A stretch of DNA of 63,843 bases, filler included, from Intoshia linei (GCA_001642005.1; 7 parts of 7 records of this genome joined end to end with filler, not necessarily neighbours in it), one strand, 5' to 3'. Positions 1-14,800 are shown, counted from the whole stretch's first letter. Notes: generated by a model from the letters alone, not told the origin. Translations and numbers: made by a program.

Positions 1-1069
1 TATATTGAGATCTGGACTTTGTGGGGGCCAACTATCAAGCGTATTTAGGTATCTGTTTTTGATAAAGTTGTTTGTCATTCGTGATCTAACGCATAGTGCT
101 CCATCATGCTGGAAAATATATTGTGTATACTGAAGTTCATCGATATACCTATTCAAAATACTAATATATTCAACATAATTAACTCTATTAGCACACCTTA
201 CAGTGATTCTTTGTCCATCTTCTCTTATGGCACCCCATATCATAATACTGCTGCTAAATTTTACCGTACTATTAATGTGAGTGTATTTACTATGACGTTC
301 TTTGGTACGTCTAACATATTTTATGCCCTTGAAAATAAATTAATTTTACTTTTGTTACTAAAAATCACTAAATTCCAGTCCATTGATGACCAGTCAATAC
401 GATTTAGACACCATTTTAATATTTTCAATTTTTGTGTAGCAGTTAGAAGTGGTTTATTTGTTGCAACTCTTCTTAGATTTCGTTTTATGGTATCACTACT
501 GATATTTGCTTGTATTGGAAGCTGTCATTTTAGATCAGATGCTGTCATAAATGGGTCTTTTTTTGGACAAACGTATCAACAATTTCCTTTCTCTGGCATG
601 TAAAACATGTGGAAGTCCTGATCTCTTTCTATTTTTGAGAGGAATCCATTTTTATGTTTTTTTATTATTTTCTGAACTGCAAATCTCGATATTGAGAGCT
701 TTCGGGCGATTTTTGTCTGCGGGTAATCTTTTTTATAAAAATCGACTATTAATTTCCTTTTTTCTATGCTAATTTGTAGCATCTGTAGTGTCTAATATTT
801 TTATAACTATAATAAAAATTATTTGCATACCAATGAAGAATAAACGGTTCAAAATAGCAAGTGCCTAAAACTTTTGCACGATGAATATGTACAATATTTA
901 TTAAATTATTGATACAATGTTGTTTTTAAGGTAATAATTAATTAAAAATGATGGAATGTGATGACTTGTTTTTTTACAATATTTATAGTCAAAAAAATCA
1001 TGAAAAAACGTTGTCATTTAGGAACCAGAACCTTTTATCTAAGGTGCCTAAAACTTTTGCATAGGTCTG
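1..1069 (-). mobile_element. Degenerate Tc1/mariner DNA transposon (IR/DR type): left end plus frameshifted transposase, truncated by window start
   Basis: Minus strand gives an N-terminal HTH (MLQISIEKRKLIVDFYKKDYPQTKIARKLSISRFAVQKIIKK, 782-576) and, after stops and frameshifts, WNLVIFSNKSKINLF and FQHDGA...WPPQSPDLNI. The terminus reads TA|CAGACCTATGCAAAAGTTTTAGGCAC at 1071-1044. An 18-bp repeat GTGCCTAAAACTTTTGCA occurs at 861-878 and 1044-1061. Confidence 0.9.
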
Positions 1070-2017
1070 TACATATATATGTATATTATTATATGTAGTT
1101 TTAAAATATTTTTAGAATTGAATTTGCCAAAAGATAATATTTGCTTTGATGTGTATACAATGAGCTTATCTTGTAATACGTACGATTTTAACGTGGAACA
1201 ATTAAAAATAGTTAAAACCAAAAATATGATATAATGGTAAAGTCATAAATACATTGATATCAACTAACATGTATTATCAAACAACTAATGGCATATCTTG
1301 ATCAATTTTTATCAAATAACCAACTTAGTATACCTAAATAACCTGAATTTATCATTCTCATCTTTACAAGGCTAAAAGTAGCCCAAGAAAAAGATATCAC
1401 CCAGGCCCATTGTTTATTGTATTACTTACATATAAATATATATGCGCATTTTGCAATGATTATTTAATTATAACTAGGTTGGACCAAATACTAATACTAC
1501 GACTATGGAGTGTATCATTTGAATTTTCAAGAAATTTATATCTATTTACATGTTAACTTTTAATTCTTAATAAATCGAAAATTTGTAAAATTAATAAATT
1601 ATTATTATTCAGTCATTTCATATTAATTTAAAATTAAAGTGAATTATAATTCAGGACTATTCAGATTATGTTGTTGATAATCGAAAGAGAACTAAGACCA
1701 AAATTTCGATTTTGATACAGTTGTTGAAAAATTTAAATAAATAAAAACTAGAAAAAAATATAAATTATTATACATATATATGTATATAGAAATATATCAA
1801 TAAACATAATATAAAAGTTCAAATTTAAATACATCATATAAGTTTGGTACTCTAATAATTATTTTGCCCCCCTGAATGAAAATCCTAGATCCGCCACTGG
1901 GTGTATCTCTGACTTATATGATGTAACCAAAATTTTTCTACATTTCATAATTATAGAATAAATTAATTATGTAAATTATAATGTTTAGTGAAAGCTTCAC
2001 AAATATTAATGTAAATT

Positions 2018-5000
2018 TTATGTTGAATATTGATAAACATTTAGACTGGAAAACGTTTTAATTAGATGAGGTATTTCTTCCGATTCTTCATATGTTTTGC
2101 AAAATTCATGGCATGTCTTTATTAATCTGGTAATATCAATTATCTATTAAATATGTTAATATTTATCAAATTTAATAAAATTATGCAAGTATAAATGTTT
2201 TGCTGTGTATTATTATGTACTGTAATTACTTTATTTATATCAATTGTCAAATTAGCAAACCAATCTGTAACATCAATATCCTTAATTACACAGGCATAGT
2301 GAATTGTAGCTAAATATATATATAAATAATATATTCACAATTATTATATTTGGATCGTATCCAATCTTTGGAGACATAGGTGGGGTCACGAGCTTTAACG
2401 AGAAGACCTACAAAAAGTTCCCTAAAAATGTATTAAAAACATATAAAAATGGATTACATTAATATAATTATAATAATTAAAATTTAATCAACTCACCTAA
2501 ATTAATTAATTTAGTTAAATTTATGTATTTTCCAAGTTTCAGTACTTAATATAGTGGATTCTTAAGTTTGACCCAAAATCAATTTTAATCAAAGACAAAT
2601 TCGTGATATTTTTGCTGTAAACCATGGAACTTGTTAAAATAAGCAAAAAATATTGGAAAAGTCTATTCTTACTACAAAATACTTACTGTGTGTACTTAAA
2701 GGATAATAAAAGTTTCTAAAAACGTGTGTATGACAATTTATTCAAAAAAATAATATCCCCTCAAATTTAAAAAACAATTTTTATCAAGGATAATGGATGA
2801 TTATCATTTTATCATATGAAATTTACATCTTAACGATAAAAACCACAAATTAAACATTATTATGAAAAATGAAATATCGACAACAAAAAATGAAAAAACA
2901 GTTTAGTCCTATTAATAATAAAATTAAAGTAAAAAAGTATCAATCCATAATTATTTTTTGTTAATTAAATTAAAAATATAATATTGTGAAAAAATATATG
3001 TAATAAAATAAATGTATCTTAAAACATGCGTTCTCAGCAGACCTAAATGCTGTTTGTAGAGAATACGGGCTAGCTATTATTAAAATGATAAATACATATT
3101 AAATATACCCAAAGCAATTAAATGAGGTGGATAAAGTAATGGTATATCGGTTCGTAGAGTATCATTTGTCAAATTCCTTTATTGTAAATTAAATATTAAT
3201 GATTATATATAATATATGTATGTATATTATACATATTAATTTATATCACCGTTTTTCTATTTTTGAAAAAAAATTTTAAAAGTTGTATAGAAAAACACTA
3301 ATTCGTTGTAAAATGTTACTCAACCTTATTTTTTCAAAAAAATTCAAATTGATTTGCACCATTAGAAAAAATGATATATTACAATAAACATACTTTTTGC
3401 AACATACTTCACATTTGGTACTCTTATAATCCAAAAAAAATTATATACAAATGTATAATAATTATATTTGGTGTAACTACAAAATCGCATCAATTAAAAA
3501 ATTCTATTAAAAATTTAATATAAATAATTAAACCAAGACTTCATCAAAAATACATATCTGAAAAATAGTAAATTATTGAATTGACAAAATACAGACATAT
3601 ATATTTAGCAGGCAATATTAAAGTTTGGGAATTTAAAATATTTATAATTCATCAATCATAAAGTGTGATACTGGTACCGAACATAATTTCTCTAACCACC
3701 TATGGGCCGAGTACCCCATTTGGTAGCCGCTGTTCGAAGTAAAGGTATTTTTTCATATACGCTCCTTTTTGTAAATGTATAAAATATTTGGTTTACAAGT
3801 GTTATACAATATTAATTATATATATTAATTTTTTTTGTATATAAATGTTAAAAAGCTAATAATTATAAAATATACATAACAAAAGATATACCATGCTAAT
3901 TGTAACATTGAATTATCAGATGTAATAGACTGAGAATATAAATGTAAATTCCGGTATGGACTGTATATAATCAAGCAAAAATCCTAAATTTAAATAATTA
4001 CAATTATCGACATTACAGAAATTTTTTTTAAAAACTATATTATGCATACGAGGAGCGACATATAGGTTACACTTAAAGCCAAAAAATTTTGTATAGTGAT
4101 CAAAATATTGTTATAAGTTATTTTATTTTTGAATGAGGACTAATTACGCCGCACTATGTAAATTCTAAGGCAATGCTAAATATATTTGAAATTTTTTTTA
4201 AGTTATATTTAAAATAAATTTAAATTTTTAATTAAATGCAAGTACCATTTTCTGAATTAAACAACATTCTGCATGATATAAATCGTCACTGCTATAAACA
4301 AAAAAATTTGATATATTTTTGTATTCCATATTATAAACAGATTTACAAGATAGAAGAAAAGTGTCGGTCTTTAATCTAGCAAATTCCTAAATATTAATAG
4401 ATTAAAAATGGTGAAAATAATCGTATAATAATAAAATAAAAAATTACTTCCACCTTTGATGCCAAATATAATGCTGTTGGGGCCATTAATAGTGGATCAA
4501 CTGTGTAGAAATTGTTGCTATTTTTATAATATAATATCCACAAAAGTCATTTTTGTTCGGTCAAAAAGTTTGATTTTTAGACATTATCATTCATTCATTA
4601 AAATAATGCCATCATGTTTTCAACGATAATATACATGATTACCTCTCAGACATAAACCCCCGTAAAACCCAATTAACTTTTAAACAGCATCATATTAGTC
4701 AAATCATCACATTTATTCATATAATATATCAAACTATTATCCATTTAACCGCTTCATTTGTTTCGTTATTTTTCAATTCGGAATACGACTGTACGTGGAA
4801 TAATTGTAATTAATAATGATAACAATAGTTATACTTCTATAGTAAATAATATTCATTAACATAAATTACCGAATATAAAATCTTTTTAAGTACACGATGG
4901 CTGTATATAAAACTTCTTGACGCATTTTTAGATAATCACCAATACTTTGTACAACTACACAACATTGATTCATTATTTTTATTACTCATATTTACATAAA

Positions 5001-5754
5001 CAAATATACACACAAAACGTACATACATAAAAAGTGATTTGTCAAAATTTCATATACGGCATATAGTAAAGGACCTATACTATAAGCCATATACATTATA
5101 TATTACGGTAATTATCGTTAAAATCAGATTCACCTAATGGGTTTGTAAATTAAATCCATTAGTTAACAAATAGATAATAATTGGAAACATCTGGCTTAAA
5201 AAACGCCCATCCTCGATATAGTTAGTTACTATTTGTATCAAGCACAGATATGTCATGTACAAAAAATGAAAATTTACATTTAGAAAAAAAGATGATTATT
5301 TTGAGATAATTTGAATCGTAGCTACTATTTCTACTCCTTTCAATTTGTAAATCGGCTTCATCAAACATCCATAATTTACTAAAAATGTATCAAATAAATC
5401 AAGAAATTTTTTAAACACCAATTTATATGAGAAATTAAAGGTATATAAAATAATCAAAGTAAATATTAAATAATTAAACTTGAAATTGTACGAAGTATCA
5501 CTTAATCACAGCGGTTGACAAATATAATTGCGCGAACCACTAATGACTAATCGGTCCTAATAAAAAATTTAATGTGGAACTATACCATTAATAAGTAAGA
5601 TAAGCAATAACATTTCGATAATGTTTCTTATCAATTAGATTTTTATTTATATCACAGTAAAATTAAATAATACTTTCAAACCATTCTATAAAAAATTGAT
5701 AATAAACAATATTAATATTTACAAATGAGAACTTTGCCAAAAATTTGCTGCCAT
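2018..5754 (-). CDS. CCNC: Cyclin C (Mediator CDK8-module cyclin), about 9 exons
   Basis: Stitched GT-AG exons: MAANFWQSSH (5754-5723) / KLWMFDEADLQIER...YLKIIIFFS / VQSIGDYLKMRQEVLYTAIVYLKRFYIR / NNFYTVDPLLMAPTALYLASKVE / EFARLK...YHAECCLIQKM / DFCLIIYSPYRNL...LQLAW / NLTNDTLRTDIPLLYPPHLIAL / ATIHYACVIKDIDVTDWFANLTIDINK / IIDITRLIK...YST* (TAA 2020-2018). These match cyclin C hallmark motifs. The ORF track misses the gene entirely. Confidence 0.95.
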
Positions 5755-6449
5755 ACTTTTGGAAATTAAAATCAATTTTGTGGATAAAGTTTACAATTGA
5801 TAAAACAGGATAATTATAATAATAATTGTTACGCTTCAATACATAATATGCAATGTATACTATGAATCCATGTAAAGTCAGTTTTGGTAGTACATTTGGT
5901 TCAATTTAATTATTAATTAAATCTAAATTTAAGGTTATTTGTGGTTCTTAATGATATTTACGACAATGTCACTGATTTTAAAATGCATATCAAAAGGGCA
6001 AATTGGGTTTTGGACCCTGAAGGACTCAAATTCTGAAACTGAAAAATAAATAAAAACACGCCCTGGCAAAAACAGTATTAGAAATTAAGTTTTTTTAAAT
6101 CCTGCGATAGTGAATTTTTTCAATAAATGATTACACACATACAGAAATTGATTTTTATATAAACAAAGGATAATTACAATTAAAGGATATATTGATGTGT
6201 ACGAAAATTTTTTTAGATTAAAATTTGTCTCGCAAAGTAAAACTGTTTGGAAATCATTGGTTAGAAAGTAAGTCTAGAATGCAAAACTATACAGTTGGCC
6301 TTTCCAGTTATACAAATTAAATTAATTTTGTTTTTTGATATAAAAATATACCAGAGCATGACGATAAAACGAAATCTAGTCGATAAAGCTAATAATTTAA
6401 ACTTAATTAATGTTTAATATTAATCAAGTAAATAACAATCAGCTATTTA

Positions 6450-8679
6450 TCAGCAATTATTTTTTTCGAGTCGAGGTGACCAATCTGTAATTTTAAGAGA
6501 TTGTAAGTATACCATTTTTTTGTACAAGAACATAATAATTAAACTTCCAACAATAAAAGATAAAACAGCTACAAGTAGATAAGAATCGTTTGTAATTACA
6601 CATTTAGTTTCACAATCACCCTAAAACGATAATATAATACACAAATAAAACATTACCTCTTTGACACAAATCTTTGTACATTCTGTAACCGTCAGCCAAT
6701 CATTGACCCATAAACTAACCGTAACAACCCACATTGATCCAAAATTCGTAGCAACATTCAATAAAGTCATAAATGAGCCACCGATAAGGGGATCACTTAT
6801 TTGAGCATGAAAAGACATGTGAGACAAATTAGTAATTTTGCTTAAAATTGTAATAACGATGGACAAGATAAATATATAAAAATATATTAAATTGGGAATT
6901 GACTGTGATGGAGGTAAATTCAATAAATATTCACAAATGTAGTGAACTGATATTGCCAAAATAATGGCGAACAGACTACGAATGATAGTAAATTTCATCA
7001 TTATCATGAGAGGCTTATTTGAAAATTTTGTAACATGTTTTGCAAGCATTAAAGATGAAATTATGTCAACAAAAATTAATGGAGCTGTAATAGTTGCATA
7101 GATTTCTGGTTTTATGCCAGCATGAATTAATCGTAAGACTGCAATACTCTCAGTAGCCATAAATGGAATCTAAATTTTACGTATATTTTACAGTTCATTT
7201 CATAAGTTTACTTTTAATACAAAATAGGCTTTGATCAAAGATAGAATTGGCTTGTGTTTTAGCAATTTAAAGCATTGCTTGTAGACGGATACAATGCAGT
7301 ACTTTTCTTCTACGTCTTTCTCTTTTTTAAAAAGTAATACGGTCGTTGTTGCAATCAAAAATATTAGACTTAAGATGTAAATGCATTCTATTTTACAATA
7401 TAAATTGAAAGTAATATTTTAGAATTAAAAAATATTTACTTAAAATTTTAATAATTAAAATAATCTTTAAATCCCATTTTAACAATAAAGAATTTTCGTA
7501 ACTTTCCGTCACAGCTTTAATTTTTGATTATAAAAATCTTAGTTCATTGTACAACTCAAATACCTTTAGCAATTTTAGACTTGACAAAAAATAAAAAATA
7601 CATCCATAAACGCAAAAAAAGATAAAAATAAAAATGTTACGTTTTAGAGTTAAAAATCCATCATCTCCGGTGTAATTTGTAGAATAAATAATGCTGTGGT
7701 AATAGGAGTAGAAATCTTTTGAAATTAAAAGTAACAATATATTCGATGTTATATAAGCTCCAATAATTTGGCCGATTAGGTTGCAAATGGAAGCCCATCC
7801 AACAAATTTTCTATTAATATAATTTAAAGTATTACATTTCGTTAGTTCATTATTGTAGATTACTTGTATTATTATATTAGTATTAATGAAAGTATATGTA
7901 CAAAAGTATTAGTATCCATAATTTAAAATAAATATTAATTTGAAAGTGTAAAAAATTACTTTGGTAACATAGTAAGTGTCCAACCATCCAATGCAATATC
8001 TTGAGTAGCAGCAAAAAATATAAACATGAAGAATAAAATAGCAATTGTGTAAATATTTCCATTAAATTTTTCTTTGCTAGTTCCCATAATAGAGTCGATA
8101 CTTGAAGCCATATATAACAAAGAAAAACCAATTCCATATTGACTTGGAACCAACCAACTAGAATGTGGTAAAACATATAAAAAATAATATTTTACCTTTT
8201 TCTGCGTCCCATAAATGGTAATTTTAAACCATCAACAAAGGGTGCCCATAATAGCTTTAGACTAAATGGCCACAAAGCTATACTCAATATACCTTGGTCT
8301 CCTAAGCTCGTATCACGCTGCTGGAGAATAATTCTTATTGACTCTAATAAACCAATTGGCAATCCTTGCAGAATATACAACAATATCAATTGTATAACTA
8401 TATATGACAATTTTGATTCTTTGTCTATTTGCTTTCGTTTATTTTCAGCTTTCTATGAAAAAAAAAATTAAGAAAAGATACTTCAAAATAACCAACACAA
8501 ATTGTACTACATTGTATAATGTAGTCACGCATATTACTTATCTACTATTATGAGTGTTCTTTTTACATGTTTATTGAACTGGATAGCCCATTCCCGTCAC
8601 TGAACTGAACTGTAAAATATATTTTAATACTTACTTTGTACGCTGACATTGGATTACCATTGTATTTCCTTTTTGGCAT
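6450..8679 (-). CDS. SLC33A1: Acetyl-CoA transporter 1 (AT-1, MFS/AmpG-like), multi-exon
   Basis: Motifs LILLYILQGLPIGL, WPFSLKLLWAPFVD, FFAATQDIALDGWTLTML and AQISDPLIGGSFMTLLN lie in ORFs 8192-8410, 7956-8153 and 6621-7160. Probable first exon MPKRKYNGNPMSAYK (ATG 8679). Last exon GDCETKCVITNDSY...DWSPRLEKNNC* follows a 36-nt intron. Confidence 0.92.
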
Positions 8680-8969
8680 ATTTATATCCAGACAATATAG
8701 TACACAAAATATCAGTTAAGTAAAGTAAAAAATATACAGTTATATATTATACGCCATTAAATAAAAACCTTGAAACAGGTCAGATGATAAGGTTTATTAT
8801 TTAACCACTTTGTTACGATATAATGTAATAAAAATCAAAACGGGTTAAAAAACTGATATATAATGTATCCATGGTTTATCTCAACATTACCAACCAAATG
8901 TGAATTATTAAAAAGGTTATTAGCCAAGCATTGCATGAAATTTAGTGCAATTAAAAAAAATAATTATAA

Positions 8970-9340
8970 CACTAGACAACACTGAAAAATACATCTGCAT
9001 AAAAATAATACCATCTTGTGGATAATCTAGCGCTGATTTTAATGATATAATATATTTATAAGTTTTAGTTCATATAACCCATTTATTAACTTTTAATGTT
9101 AATAAAAAAATATATAACAAAGTTTCACTTCAATTCTTAAATTGACTAATTATATCATTCAAAATAATCTTTACTTTAAAAAATGAAGTTTTTTAAGTTT
9201 GAATATTTATTTATTAATTTAAAATGCACGTCTACGAAATAAACGAAACATATTATTGCTTTTTATGTGGTATATATTTGCCAAAAACTAAAAAATGTTA
9301 CTCTATAACTGATAAATGTAAAAATTTGATAATGCAAATA
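8970..9340 (+). mobile_element. Probable Chapaev-like (CMC) transposon 5' end with open N-terminal transposase frame running into the gap
   Basis: CACTAGACAAC at 8970 is a candidate terminus. ATG 9224 gives MHVYEINETYYCFLCGIYLPKTKKCYSITDKCKNLIMQI. About 230 bp match the inverted copy at 61600-61830, which continues to a W-x7-DCYFC motif. Confidence 0.5.
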
Positions 9341-9440
9341 NNNNNNNNNNNNNNNNNNNNNNNNNNNNNNNNNNNNNNNNNNNNTTAATTAATTAANNNN
9401 NNNNNNNNNNNNNNNNNNNNNNNNNNNNNNNNNNNNNNNN
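9341..9440. other. Artificial assembly spacer N44-TTAATTAATTAA-N44
   Basis: The identical 100-nt construct recurs at 19520-19619, 29780-29879, 46521-46620, 54713-54812 and 61172-61271. TTAATTAATTAA gives stops in all six frames. Confidence 0.97.
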
Positions 9441-11502
9441 TTTTTTTTCATATATTCCGCTACATTTCATTCAATAGTATTCAATTTTGTTAATAATTTC
9501 GTAACTTGTAATGCAAAGATTTTCCCTTTCCAATTATATATAATAATCTATATATGTACTTTATTTAACATTTCTATTGACCTTCAAATTATCTCATTTT
9601 AGGCACTTTTTCGAACTTTAGGCGTATTTTAAAAAAAAACTGGACGTGATGTAGAAACACTGATTATACCATTTTGTTTAGAATAACTCTTCTAGGTGCA
9701 CTAAATTTTATTCTTGCATAAATTTTTTAAATTTCAAACAAACACTATAAGGTACACAAAAAGTGTTTTACGTACCATAAATATAAAATTCTGTAAAATT
9801 AATATTATAGGGAAATACTGCCAAAACAGTTAGGTTTTTCATGTTGAATTTTGTCCATAATGGTATAAAAATATCAATGTAGTATACATTATATTATATT
9901 TAAGTATTAAATTGTAGTTTAAATATTTATACTATTTTTCTCGAAATTTAAATTATAAATTATTAAAGTTTTATAAAAAATTATAGTCAGTAATTTTAAT
10001 ATTATAATGTATGTTAAATAATATAATTTCTATCCTTGTTTATTTATAAACTTTCTAAGATGGTCTTTAATCACGCCGATCTGTACTTTTCAATGATGTT
10101 GGCTCACTCGGTCTGAGGCGAAGGTGGAGAATTTTTTATTATTAAAAGTTTGTTCCTTTGAAAATATCAAATTTTCAATATAAAGTATTATTGATTTGCG
10201 ATACGCAGAAGCTACATTACTAAGACGCACCTTCGAGAGCATTCACGAAAATTTTTAAAATATACAAAAATAAGACACTTATCTTTTCAATTTTGAAATT
10301 TTAAGAAAAATTAAATTATTTTAAGGGCTTCGACTTTTTAGTTAAGAAAACGTAACCTATCTGTACCACTCAACATTTTTGCAAAATTATTTGTGGTTTG
10401 ATGAAGTGGATTTTTTTTATAAGATTTCGTAAAATCGGATTTTTGAAAAGAATATCAGTTAAGTCAATTTTTCCATGAGGGCTTGAAATGGTATTTATGA
10501 TTAAATTTTATTAGTGATGGGATTTTTGAAATGGTAAAATGTAAAATGGTAAATGGTTTTGTCCCGGTTTTTTTTCCCGCGCAATCACTACATGTACGTA
10601 ATGTCATATTTTGTTTTCATTTCACTGTATACATAATTTTAATTTCGAAAAAATTAAAAAACTGATTAAAAAAAATTGTTTTTGAAAACCCATTTCATGT
10701 AAATACGTTGTATAATGATTACTCTGATAACTATTACTAATAAGTTTCTCATGATTTAGAAATGAACAGTTGATAGTATATATTTAAAATCTAAGTCGAT
10801 GATGTATAATAATTTGTAAGATATCATCGGTGTATTTTGTAATAGATTTTTAATTCGCAGGCCGGATAAAATTCAATTGCGGACCGTAGTTTGCTGACCA
10901 CTGGTCTAAAATATAAATAACTCATTTCTTCAATATTGTCAATATCCCCCTTATTATGGCCTGATATTCTGATTGCTTTTATGTCAAGAACATTGTCAGT
11001 ATTATATAATTGGGCAAACTTACAAATTTACATGTTGCAACCATAAGTTTTGATATTTTATTTTTTAATTGACTATTATTATATAGAGTTAATTTATATT
11101 CACGTTATTTTAGATGGTTTTTAATATATTTTATACGCGTTACTGTTAATTAACTAATTTTAACATAATTTAAAGTTACGGTCAATGTGAAGAATTTTGT
11201 TGTATAATTATAATAATAGTTATATAATTTTATGTTATAAAATATTATAATATTCACAATGACTGAAAACTGGCACTGACAGACTACATTATTATTCATT
11301 TTTTATTATTTATATTTTTACAGACATTGATGGTATATTTCATTTACAGTTTATTTAACTATGCTTAATATACAGTATATTATAATACATATGTAATGTA
11401 ATACATATAATACGCATATAATATATAAATAAAATTTTTTGTACTTTTTAATGTAATATTAAATGAAGCTTGTAAATATACATTTATTTTATACATCTAT
11501 AA

Positions 11503-11800
11503 CAGGGGTCGGCATTGCCCACTCGGTAAATATGTATGAGTAAATATGTAAATTATTTATTTTTAAATTTTTCAACTTTAAAACACCGTTTTAAACATTT
11601 TGTACTATAATTGCTCATTATAATTATTGTAATACTGAATTTTCAGATCTTCCCAAATTTTATTTAGTTAAATATGTTTGAAAAGTTTCTATTCAGTTAA
11701 AATTCAAATCTATCATGTGTAAATTATCAAAAACGGGGACCACATAATTTTTTTTATATAAAAAAGTGACCCACGATATGCAAAAAATTGCCAATCCCTG
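11503..11800. mobile_element. hAT-type MITE, related to 50420-50729
   Basis: Termini CAGGGGTCGGCA...TTGCCAATCCCTG. The interior (GAGTAAATATGTAAATTATTTATTTT-AAATTTTTCAACTTT) matches the reverse complement of 50420-50729. Confidence 0.7.
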
Positions 11801-14800
11801 ATTTGCAATCTGGTATTATGTATCGATAACAGTTTTTTTATATGGCTAAATTATATGAAAGTTTTCTATAAATTCCTAATAATAATATTTTATTATTGTG
11901 TGACATATGAAAGCTTTACTTGATTATTTTTTATTTTTACAGGTTATTTATCAAAAATCTATTGCGAACATTTGTATCATTAGGGTTTCATATCATTCCT
12001 TTTTTTATTAAAGATTAAATATGATTTATATTTAAATTTTGATTTAAATTTTTAGCGGGTAAATTTATCAAAACATTATATGAATAAATGATGTTTTTTA
12101 CTAAAATTTTTTATTTAAAGCATGTAAATTTTTTTCAATAGATACATAGCACAAATATGAATTACATTCGGTTATTAATATATCTAATCGATAAAAAATT
12201 CGAACTGTACCGAAATGTTAACCTATACCACATATCATATTAAATAAAAAAAATTTTAATGGTATATTCTGTGCTTAGAATGGTCTCTTTAAAGTTTATT
12301 GTATGTAAAATATAAACGAACATGTTTTTTAGTGTAACTATAAAATGTATCCATTGATCAAATAGTGTCAAGAAATAGTGTAAAAAAATGATAATGTGTA
12401 GAATAATTAACAGTGACATGTAAAATGTAAATCTCACCCCTGAGAGACTCAAAAAATTAAAATTTTGTCTGCAAAAGTGTATTAAGAACATAAAAATGAA
12501 TATAATAACTAAGACTTGTTCTAAGTGATACAGTATTATACTCAACCAAAATTAATTTAATTAATTAATCTAGTTCGCAAATCCTACTTAGAAAGTAGAT
12601 GAATTTAAAAATCATCCCTTTAAAGAATTTTTATTTCTCACCTGCCTTTAATACATAAATAACTGGATTTAAATAATAAATAACTTTTGATAATAATTAT
12701 TGCAATCATTATATATGTATGTTACTTATTATACTTTTATATTAATGATAAGTTTGTATTCAGTTTGTAAATTTTAATAGTATTATAATTAAGTTAAAAA
12801 GAATATTATTTATTCAAAATTTAACAAAAATTTACATTTTAAATTTAAGTATATATTATAAGTACAATGTATAAGTACATGTTTAAATATTGTTTATAAA
12901 TATATTTTAAAAATATTATAGTAAGTAATTTTACTATTCCATTTTTAGCCCTTAAAATATTTTACAATTAGTACTTCATTAATTGCATTCTGCGAGCAAT
13001 TTTTTTTGCCTCTAAAAATGTAGATTAACAATTATTATATTTTGTTTAATTACTTTATAATTATTAATATCAAATTAATTAATTATAATTTACTGTAATA
13101 GTAGATATTAAGTGTTAATAATTCGACCATATCCTACGATTCAATAATAAATTATAAATCAATACCTACAAGAGTCATTAATTTTAAAATTAAAAACTTA
13201 TGGAGATGGAATATGTGGAATTCCCGAGATTGGTTATTCCCAGTGGAGTTAACGAGATAAAAACATTATTTTGATAGTCGCTATGTCAAACCAGTTGTGA
13301 ATTTTTGTATACATTATTAATAGCCGAGGGATTTTTATTCAATAGTGACTTCACATTAAATTCAATAATGAAATTGTCCCTTTTTTTAATTTGTAGGATG
13401 AATAATTACTTTTTCACTTATAATTGTAATCAAAAAATTTGAAAAATATTGGTTGATAAAAATTAAATGTTATTTTTTACCAGAAATGCATAGAATCCAG
13501 AGGCTACATTATCTATCAACTGGAATAAGCTTTATCAGAATAATTTCTAGATTTTATGTTCATTTTTTTATTTTTAAGTCTAATTTTATTTTAAAAAAAA
13601 TATTAATCTGAATTCTAAATTATATATAAATATTAATTTAAATAACCTGCTTAAAATGAATTTTTGATAAAACATCAAAATCGACAACTGTATTAAAAAT
13701 TAGCTTTGTTTAAATTCTAGGTCTTTAAATTTTTAAAATTAAAGATAACATATTGAGTCGGTAATACTGAAAGATGTACAGATAAATAGATACACATTCA
13801 ATTTTATATAAGTATAAGATAATGTTCGGCATATGCACGTCTGATTGTACAAATATTTTATAATTTTATGTATTTTTAATATAGTTAATTAGGAAACATT
13901 TGTAGAAGGTAAAATTAAAAATTTAATTGTTCAAGTCGGATAAAACTACTTAATATATATACTATATATACGGCGGACCTAAATAATTAAATATGGATGA
14001 ATTTTAAAATCTTAATTCTAAATTTTGATTTAAATTAAATATTATACTTATATTATTATTCTTAAAATATATAATTTAATATACATAACATTGCACACTA
14101 TAATACTAAAATTACTATTATAAATCTAATATTTTATCGATAAAAATATAAAATATACATAAATCATGTTTTGATCAGAGAGACGTCACAGAAATATGCT
14201 TAAAACTACTAATTTAATGTCATTTGTAAGTACTAAACTACATAATTTTAGATTGTAATATATCTTAAACAATTTAAAGTCAATATATGAAAATCCCCTC
14301 TTGTACATGTATATGCAAAATTAGACTTTGATATTTTTTTGAATGTTATTAGCTGCTTTTCACAGTATTTTACAAATGAATTAGGAATGAATATGTTTCC
14401 ATATATAACTTTTAAGTTTTAACTGTGTCAACAGATGCTAACTGTGCGACTTAATTATAACTTTCTTGTTGGCTTAACCAAATATTTGACGAATAACACG
14501 GTGCATGAGTTTCAGCTGTCTATAACAGTTTTATATCGTAATAAATATATTTTTTCGCAGTAAGTGAATTTTTTTAATAATAAATATATAAAATGTAATA
14601 CATATATAATAATGTATATCCATAATAAGAGTTTTATATGATAAGAAAAAATATGTTAGAAGGTATATGAATATATTGATAGCTAGTTTTATAATATATA
14701 AAAATTTTATATAACACTTTTTATAGTAAACACATACATAATAGAAAAAATACATTATTTACATTTTACATTGTAGATGGTAAATTTCAATTACACATCG

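Noticed and set aside
106-772. Plus-strand ORFs of 165 and 73 aa
   Set aside because: Antisense shadows of the minus-strand Tc1 transposase relic.
3020-3075. Apparent exon after a short intron in cyclin C (ASPYSLQTAF...)
   Set aside because: Does not match cyclin C and resembles a decayed Helitron 3' end. The real next exon is at about 2309-2230.
12240-14755. Hydrophobic F/I/Y-rich ORFs 12240-12545 and 14531-14755 (also 58408-58614)
   Set aside because: Composition expected from random very AT-rich DNA. No family motif or splice support.
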